Positions 58,150-64,000 of a stretch of DNA of 64,000 nt are shown here, piece by piece. The stretch covers positions 1-64,000 of the forward strand of contig JAWODC010000009.1 of the NCBI GenBank assembly GCA_046483495.1, read 5' to 3'. Each line of letters begins with the position of its first letter. The first letter of the stretch is position 1. The DNA is from Desulfobacterales bacterium. GTDB lineage: Bacteria > Desulfobacterota > Desulfobacteria > Desulfobacterales > UBA5616. Below the pieces are notes generated by a model. The model had not been told where the DNA came from. It did no database searches and was given only the letters and a program-made list of their open reading frames with translations. The position numbers and the translations under genes were made by a program.

Positions 58150-59523
58150 TCAAGATATGATATCGCCGGATGAGAAATTTTCAAAGCGGGTATAGGCATT
58201 TAAAAAGGCGAGGGTCACGGATCCGGTAGGGCCGTTTCGCTGTTTTGAAAGAATGATTTCCGCGGTTCCTTTATGGGGATTGGTTTCTTCGGTATTGTAA
58301 ACTTCGTCTCGATAGATGAATGCCACAAGATCGGCATCCTGCTCGAGTGCCCCGGATTCTCTTAAGTCTGAAAGTTTGGGGCGCTTATCGTTTCTTTGTT
58401 CGAGCATGCGATTAAGCTGGGACAAGGCAATTACCGGCACGTTGAGCTCCTTGGCAAGAGCCTTCAACGAGCGTGAAATGTCCGATATTTCGAGATCTCG
58501 CCGCTCCAGGGTTCGGCTTGAGCGCATCAACTGCAGGTAATCGATAATAATCATTCCGATATCCTGATCCATTTTCAAGCGCCTGGCCTTGGCCCGAATT
58601 TCCGTAGCGGAAATAACGGGAGAGTCGTCGATAAAAATCGGTGACTCCGACAAAATGCCGGCGGCCTCGGTAATATTCTCCCAATCCTCCATGCTGAAAA
58701 ATCCGCTTCGCAGGCGCGATGAATCCACACGCGCATCCGAGCAAAGCATGCGAAGGGACAGCTGTTCCTTCGCCATTTCAAGCGAAAAAACAGCTGTGGG
58801 CGTATGATTCGAAACGGCGGCGTTTCTGGCGATGTTCAAGGCCAGCGCAGTTTTACCCATACTCGGACGTGCTGCAATGATAATCAGGTCGGCCTTCTGA
58901 AATCCGGAAGTGAGCCTATCAAGATCCTTGAACCCGGATGGAATGCCCGTTATCAGTGATTTTTTTTCTTGTTTTTCTTCCAGCTCGACAATGTTTGATT
59001 CGATAATGCCGCTGATGGGATAAAAGGATTGGCGGGTCTTGTTTTCCGAAACGTCAAAAATGGACCTTTCCGCAAATTCCACGATTTCTTCCAGCTCGAG
59101 GCTGTCTTCAAAACAGCGGCGGGCGATTTCATTGGATTTCTCGATCAGCTTTCTCAAGCAGGATTTTTCGTAAATAATTTTCGCGTAATGCGGGGCATTG
59201 ACGGCAAGCGGCACCGAATCAATAAGGCCTGCAAGATAGGTCGCCCCGCCGATTTCTTCGAGCTGGTCCTTCGATTTAAGATAGCCGGTCAGGGTGATTA
59301 AATCGATGGGTTCGTCCTTTTCAAAAAGGGCGAGCATGGATTTGAAAATTTTTTTATGGGCGCTTCGGTAGAAATCGTCTGCTGAGACCAATTCGATAAT
59401 CTCGAGAAGCGTCCCATTATCGAAGAGAATGGCGCTGAGAAGTGATGCTTCCGCTTCCACGTTCTGGGGTGGGAGCATTACGGGGGTCTGGTTTTGTTTC
59501 GAGTGCGTGCGTAATTGATTCAT
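58150..59523 (-). CDS. dnaB: Replicative DNA helicase
   Basis: PPQN.EAE, AARPSMGKT, FSLEM, IDYLQL, LSQLNR, DLRESG.LEQDAD and KQRNGP. Start trimmed to MNQLR. Confidence 0.98.
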   Translation of the reverse strand: MNQLRTHSKQNQTPVMLPPQNVEAEASLLSAILFDNGTLLEIIELVSADDFYRSAHKKIFKSMLALFEKDEPIDLITLTGYLKSKDQLEEIGGATYLAGLIDSVPLAVNAPHYAKIIYEKSCLRKLIEKSNEIARRCFEDSLELEEIVEFAERSIFDVSENKTRQSFYPISGIIESNIVELEEKQEKKSLITGIPSGFKDLDRLTSGFQKADLIIIAARPSMGKTALALNIARNAAVSNHTPTAVFSLEMAKEQLSLRMLCSDARVDSSRLRSGFFSMEDWENITEAAGILSESPIFIDDSPVISATEIRAKARRLKMDQDIGMIIIDYLQLMRSSRTLERRDLEISDISRSLKALAKELNVPVIALSQLNRMLEQRNDKRPKLSDLRESGALEQDADLVAFIYRDEVYNTEETNPHKGTAEIILSKQRNGPTGSVTLAFLNAYTRFENFSSGDIIS

Positions 59524-59757
59524 GTTTATACCAAAATATTCCTGCAAAGGGGAGGGTGAACTGTATGAAAACAGGCGTTTCTCTACACTGTCAAGCGGTG
59601 TATTGCCGGGTGCGGATAATGGGTCAACACCACTCGTCCAATGCTGCTGTGTCGGAGCGGGAGGTCCGGCGGGCTTTACATATGTTCCCATATGCCGGTT
59701 TAAACGCCGGAACCAACCCTGCCGGCAAATTCGTGATGACGTTGTGTCCGGTATACG

Positions 59758-60204
59758 TCAGGCTTCCGGAACAACTTCCACGGTGATACAGGGTTCTACA
59801 TCCCTGTAAACACGGATGGGAACCTCAAATGTTCCCACCGTTTTGATGGGGTCCTTGAGCAGGACCATCCGTCTGTGCACCTCCACATTCTGTTTGGAAA
59901 GTGCATTGACAATGTCCTTTACGGTAACGGATCCGTAAAGTTTGTCCGCTTCGACCACCTTTGCCGGTATCGTAACGGACACCCCTTGGAGCCTTTCAGC
60001 CATTTCGGTGGCAATTTTTCGCTCCTTGGCGATTTGAAGGTCGAATTTGGATTTTTGCTGGTCTATGATTTTTCGATTTTGAGGGGTGTCCATGACCGCT
60101 TTATTCTGGGGAAGCAGGTAATTGCGCGCGTAACCATCGGCAACATTTACGGTGCTCCCGATAATTCCTAAGGATTCAATGGTTTCTTTTAATATAATTT
60201 TCAC
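59758..60204 (-). CDS. rplI: 50S ribosomal protein L9
   Basis: V.DGYARNYL.P and KLYGSVT; GTG start with GGAGG RBS. Confidence 0.97.
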   Translation of the reverse strand: MKIILKETIESLGIIGSTVNVADGYARNYLLPQNKAVMDTPQNRKIIDQQKSKFDLQIAKERKIATEMAERLQGVSVTIPAKVVEADKLYGSVTVKDIVNALSKQNVEVHRRMVLLKDPIKTVGTFEVPIRVYRDVEPCITVEVVPEA

Positions 60205-60283
60205 TTTTTTCCTCCAAAAGGGTGATGCGGGTTGTTCAGCATCGCCCGGGGTGGTCAAATTAATGCAATTGGTTCTGACCGAC

Positions 60284-61216
60284 TCAGTCCACGGTTTCGA
60301 CCGCCTTTAATTTGCGGACATCCAGCCAGGCGTCGAAAAAGCCTATCCCTGCGATAAAAAGCAGGAATATCTGCTGAAAGACAATCAGGAGGTATAAAAC
60401 CGTTTTTAACATCACCGGCAGCTTCTTTTTTTCAAAGAAAAAGGAAACGATGGCGATGCCATGTAAAAAATAGATCACGAACAAAACCAGCAATGCGTTC
60501 ATTCCGAAAAGTGTAATCCGACTATCCGGAATCACCAGCATGATTCCTGCCGCGACAACCACCCATATCAGCATTTCGGGCGATTTCCATCGGTTAAACG
60601 GCCCAAAATCCGGAAATCGCATCCCCTTCATCGCATACAACGATTTTGCTGCAAGCACATTCACCCACGAGATAAACAAGGTGCCGGCCATCACGATGCC
60701 GGGCACGATGCGAACAAGCACGTACTGAATACGCGGCATGGACCGTTCAAGCATTTGAACGGTTTCTTCAGGGATGCCCATTTCCTTATAAAGCATCAGT
60801 GTGTGATTCAGATTGGCCGCAACAAAATCAGATAATCGGACTGCCACATTCACGTCGGAAACGAGATTGTAAAAGAACACCAGTATCGATGATGCGACCC
60901 ACACCGCGAGGTTCGGGTAAAAAACACATTTTTCCAGGGGAGCCGACATTTCAAGCCATTCGCCCAACCCGAAACCGAGAATGAACAGCGCGGTTAGAAA
61001 TAGGACATCAAACGTGATGCCGCCGGTTATCAGCATCATAACGATAATGACGCTGACCGGAATTACAGCGGCATCCTTACGTCCGAGCCTTGTCCGATAA
61101 AACATGATCGGCAAAGGGATCAATACGACAAAGAAGAAACCGATGATCGGAACGGCAAACGATATCGCGATAATAATAATCGTCAGGGCAATGCCCGTTG
61201 TTATATCCTTTGTCAT
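60284..61216 (-). CDS. YybS/DUF2232 family membrane protein
   Basis: Polytopic membrane protein between rpsR and rplI, with C-terminal G.FD.W.D.R. Confidence 0.85.
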   Translation of the reverse strand: MTKDITTGIALTIIIIAISFAVPIIGFFFVVLIPLPIMFYRTRLGRKDAAVIPVSVIIVMMLITGGITFDVLFLTALFILGFGLGEWLEMSAPLEKCVFYPNLAVWVASSILVFFYNLVSDVNVAVRLSDFVAANLNHTLMLYKEMGIPEETVQMLERSMPRIQYVLVRIVPGIVMAGTLFISWVNVLAAKSLYAMKGMRFPDFGPFNRWKSPEMLIWVVVAAGIMLVIPDSRITLFGMNALLVLFVIYFLHGIAIVSFFFEKKKLPVMLKTVLYLLIVFQQIFLLFIAGIGFFDAWLDVRKLKAVETVD

Positions 61217-61292
61217 AATCCGTCGGCAGGTTTGCCTGAAAAGGCGTTAAACACTGCTTCGTTCATTCCGGACCTTCGTGCCATATGGCCGG

Positions 61293-61562
61293 CTAGGTAT
61301 CAAGTGTGCCGACATACGGGAGCAGTGCAATCGTTCTGGCCCGCTTTATCGCATGCGTAAGAGCCCTTTGATGTCTTGCGCAGGTTCCTGAAATGCGCCG
61401 GGGTATAATTTTCCCTCTTTCCGTGATGAAGTACTTCAAGAGCTTCTGGTCTTTATAGTCAATCACGAGGCTGCTGTCTGCACAGAATCGGCACACTTTT
61501 CGCCTATGGTAGATGCGTTTTCTGGCCGGTTTCGCCCTTCGAGGTCTGGCATTATCATTCAT
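61293..61562 (-). CDS. rpsR: 30S ribosomal protein S18
   Basis: [23 protein letters not shown] and AIKRAR..ALLPY (zinc-binding type). Confidence 0.98.
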   Translation of the reverse strand: MNDNARPRRAKPARKRIYHRRKVCRFCADSSLVIDYKDQKLLKYFITERGKIIPRRISGTCARHQRALTHAIKRARTIALLPYVGTLDT

Positions 61563-62046
61563 TGGGCACCTCCTCACCTGCAGCGCTCATCCGCTCATCC
61601 GTTTGGGACGCCTCGGATGCTGTCGACGGAGCCTCTGAAGCGGGTTCCGTTTTCTGGGCTTCAGCTTCAGCCTCGGCCTGATCAGTCGCTTCGGCACTCG
61701 ATGCGGCTGCTTTTTCCCCGGCTTCGTCGATTTCCTTTTGAATCTCTGCCGGATCTGCTTTTTCGTCGATCAAGACGGTCATGTACTTCAGAATGCGATC
61801 ATCGATTCTGCAGAATCGTTCTATCTCATCCACGAGCGAACCGCTGCCGCAGTAATCGAACCGGACATAATATCCCCGTGTTCTTTTTTTGATTTCATAG
61901 GCAAGTCTTCGCGAACCCCATTCATCCACGAGAACCGTCATTCCGTTCTTATCCGAAATCAACCCGGTGACTCGGTCAAACACCGGCTTACGGCTCTCTT
62001 CGGATAGTTCCGAGTCCATGATCATAATCGTTTCGTATCTTCTCAT
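61555..62046 (-). CDS. rpsF: 30S ribosomal protein S6
   Basis: MRRYE and [10 protein letters not shown]...GYY, with an acidic tail. Confidence 0.97.
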   Translation of the reverse strand: MRRYETIMIMDSELSEESRKPVFDRVTGLISDKNGMTVLVDEWGSRRLAYEIKKRTRGYYVRFDYCGSGSLVDEIERFCRIDDRILKYMTVLIDEKADPAEIQKEIDEAGEKAAASSAEATDQAEAEAEAQKTEPASEAPSTASEASQTDERMSAAGEEVPNE

Positions 62047-62050
62047 TAAA

Positions 62051-62095
62051 CCTCCTTATGGCTGTAAATCCCCGGCTGTATGCCGGAGCAAGGAA
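62051..62095 (-). promoter_or_regulatory. Putative S6:S18 ribosomal leader
   Basis: TTCCTTG-CTCCGGC-ATACA-GCCGGGG-ATTTACAG-CCA-T-AAGGAGG: outer stem sequesters the SD, with an inner hairpin and an unpaired CCR. Confidence 0.7.
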
Positions 62096-62143
62096 TAGGG
62101 GCGCCCGCCCCTCGACCACGCTTCATCAACACGAAAATTTATT

Positions 62144-62173
62144 CTTTTAACACCAGATAAAATCGCCTGTCAA
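62144..62173 (-). promoter_or_regulatory. Putative sigma70 promoter of the rpsF operon
   Basis: TTGACA-18 bp-TAAAAG on the minus strand. Confidence 0.4.
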
Positions 62174-62260
62174 GGCACATTTTCGAACGGAAAAACCGGC
62201 GGTCAGCGGAAAAAATGAAACGTCAAACGTCGTGATGATGGCCGTCACCCATAACATGAA

Positions 62261-62545
62261 TCATTCCACGCAGATGATATCTTTATTGGCCTCGTAAGTC
62301 CTCAGGCCGATGCCTTTCACTTTCATGATCTCCTGGGGTTCAGTAAAGGGACCCACGTTTTCCCGGTAGTCGATGATCCGCTGTGCGTATCGCGGACCGA
62401 TACGATTCAGGGTGGTCAATTCCTCCAAGCCGGCTGTATTGATATTGATTTTGACCGCCGTTTCTTCGGATACGGCCGGATACGGAAACAGCATCACAAT
62501 CATCAAAATCGCCAGCAGCGGTGTCATTGAGGCAATTCGTTTCAT
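62261..62545 (-). CDS. comEA: ComEA-like helix-hairpin-helix DNA-binding protein
   Basis: Signal peptide, ININTA..EEL, IG...AQRII.YR...GPF and VKGIG. Confidence 0.88.
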   Translation of the reverse strand: MKRIASMTPLLAILMIVMLFPYPAVSEETAVKININTAGLEELTTLNRIGPRYAQRIIDYRENVGPFTEPQEIMKVKGIGLRTYEANKDIICVE

Positions 62546-62605
62546 TGTAAACCTCCTTTTGTAAGTGGCGGTAAGTTGTTTATGAGTGACAGGCCATTAG
62601 CGGTT

Positions 62606-62633
62606 ATAATAGAATTTATAAAATAAAAGTCAA
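62606..62633 (-). promoter_or_regulatory. Putative sigma70 promoter of comEA
   Basis: TTGACT-16 bp-TATTAT with an AT-rich upstream region. Confidence 0.45.
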
Positions 62634-62721
62634 CTACAAAATACGTAAAAATTACATCAGAAAACGACATATAGTTATAAAAAATATAAAATACAATAGA
62701 TTATAGAAAAAGCAACATACC

Positions 62722-62792
62722 ATCGAAATCGGGATCGGTATCGGTATCGAAATTAAAAAAGAAAAAAACGATCCCGATTTCGATTTCGATGG
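62722..62792. repeat. Isolated hexamer-hairpin module of element B
   Basis: ATCGAAATCGGGATCGGTATCGGTATCGAAATT-A-rich-CGATCCCGATTTCGATTTCGATG, as at 12477-12560 and 39454-39531. Confidence 0.9.
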
Positions 62793-62906
62793 GAAGGAAC
62801 GTGCGACAGGTGGCGCGCAGAGGAATCCGTCAAGCGGGAGAAAAAATCGGTAAAGTGAGAATGGTATGAAAGCGTGGACCGGTTATGGGTGTCGATGTTG
62901 CCCGGA

Positions 62907-63797
62907 TTACTGCAGGGACAACAGGTGTGATCTCAAGTTGGCCTTTTTGTTGCCGATTCCGATTTTCGTGCGTATTTTTTTTCGGTGGGTTTCGATGGTC
63001 CTGCCGGACAGATTCATCAACTCCGCAATTTGTTTTGTCGTTTTCCCCTGCTTGATGAGATTGGCGACCTGGATTTCCATGGGTGTGAGCTTCATGAATT
63101 TCAAGGACATATCCCTGACAAAAGGAGAAATGATATCGTCGATATTCAACTCGATGACATTTACCAAAGCATACTGAAGTGCGCTGAGTTCCGTTTCCTT
63201 TAATTTTGCGATATAGGGCTTGATCAATTCCTTGACATTGTAAATCATTTTTTCTTCCGTCTCCACCCGATCCTCGTCCCTTTTCTTCAACAATACCCTC
63301 AGCGCCGTGTTGGACTCTTCCAGCATCATTTTTTTCATTTCGAGGTTTTCGTTGGATTTGGACAATTCGCTGATCTGCGCCGACTGCTTGGTGACATCAC
63401 GCGCAATGCCGCCGATCATCTTGATCTCACCCTGCTGAGATAATGGAAATTTAATGACGTGGTAAATTCTTTTTTGGCCGGCTTTTTCTTCCATGGTTTT
63501 TAACTTATCGATGACATCGCCGGACAGAACTTTTTTGTGCTCTTCGATTATGTTTTCGGCTGTTCTTTTCGGTACGGTTTTATGGGCAGGCTTCCCTAAA
63601 TGACCGTTTTTTTCTAATTTCCCGTACATTACCTGATTCATGTAGATGAAATGATTTTTTTCATCCAGTATGTAGGCCTCGCAGTCGAGTTGGTCCAAAA
63701 ACGCCGAGAAACGGCTTTCCACCTCCTTAAGATGGTTCACCTGGTTTTGCAACTCGGCGATCTCTATTTCAAGTTCCCTGTTAGATGAATTCGCCAT
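62907..63797 (-). CDS. PAS domain / LuxR-type HTH transcriptional regulator
   Basis: PAS (KFPL..IGGIARDVT), coiled coil EESNTAL.VLL, and HTH LTP.E.QVA..GKTTK.IA..S..TIE.HR..IR.K. Confidence 0.9.
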   Translation of the reverse strand: MANSSNRELEIEIAELQNQVNHLKEVESRFSAFLDQLDCEAYILDEKNHFIYMNQVMYGKLEKNGHLGKPAHKTVPKRTAENIIEEHKKVLSGDVIDKLKTMEEKAGQKRIYHVIKFPLSQQGEIKMIGGIARDVTKQSAQISELSKSNENLEMKKMMLEESNTALRVLLKKRDEDRVETEEKMIYNVKELIKPYIAKLKETELSALQYALVNVIELNIDDIISPFVRDMSLKFMKLTPMEIQVANLIKQGKTTKQIAELMNLSGRTIETHRKKIRTKIGIGNKKANLRSHLLSLQ

Positions 63798-64000
63798 GTG
63801 TTTTTCTCCAACAAGAATTTTGGTTAATTTTAGGTCCGACCCATAAGCCTTGCATTTTCACCCACACAACGATATATAAATCATTATCAAACATTTGTCA
63901 AAACAACCCTGCGGTATTTTTTATAAATTTATAATGTTAAACGAAATGACGGTGACAAAAAAAGATGGTCCGCGGATTCGGAACGCGATTTTTCGGATTC

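Noticed and set aside
43792..62545. comF plus comEA as a competence island
   Set aside because: The genes are unlinked, widespread and sit in ordinary housekeeping contexts.

Overview
This is a bacterial chromosome window. Gene content points to a Desulfobacterales-like deltaproteobacterium (inference). About 4.5-38.8 kb is a large LPS locus: fabZ-lpxA-lpxI-lpxB-msbA-lptFG-lpxK, gmhA-hldE-gmhB, GT2/GT4/GT9 glycosyltransferases, four kinase-like genes, several methyltransferases, a sulfotransferase-like gene and a decayed CatB/Vat acetyltransferase. The rest is housekeeping: tRNA nucleotidyltransferase, trpS, yicC-remA-gmk-rlmB-icd, the ATP synthase Fo genes, uvrA, an orphan divergent dnaA, hflX, dnaB-rplI-rpsR-rpsF and comEA. 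I recognised no rRNA, tRNA, CRISPR array or transposase. The most striking unexplained structure is non-coding. About 20 intergenic spacers are built from 6-9 bp tandem repeats (GGGTTAT, GTGAACA, TTCAAAA, CGTGAAT, GTGGTTAG, GGGATCGTT, CACGAAG, ATCGGT) nested around MITE-like cores. The G-rich strand follows stop codons and the complementary C-rich strand precedes start codons, and the repeats often supply the stop codon itself. Other leads are an LmtA-like methyltransferase inside the lipid A operon, two tandem kinase/pseudokinase genes and the altered DnaA paralog. All calls come from reading motifs by eye; no database searches were run.
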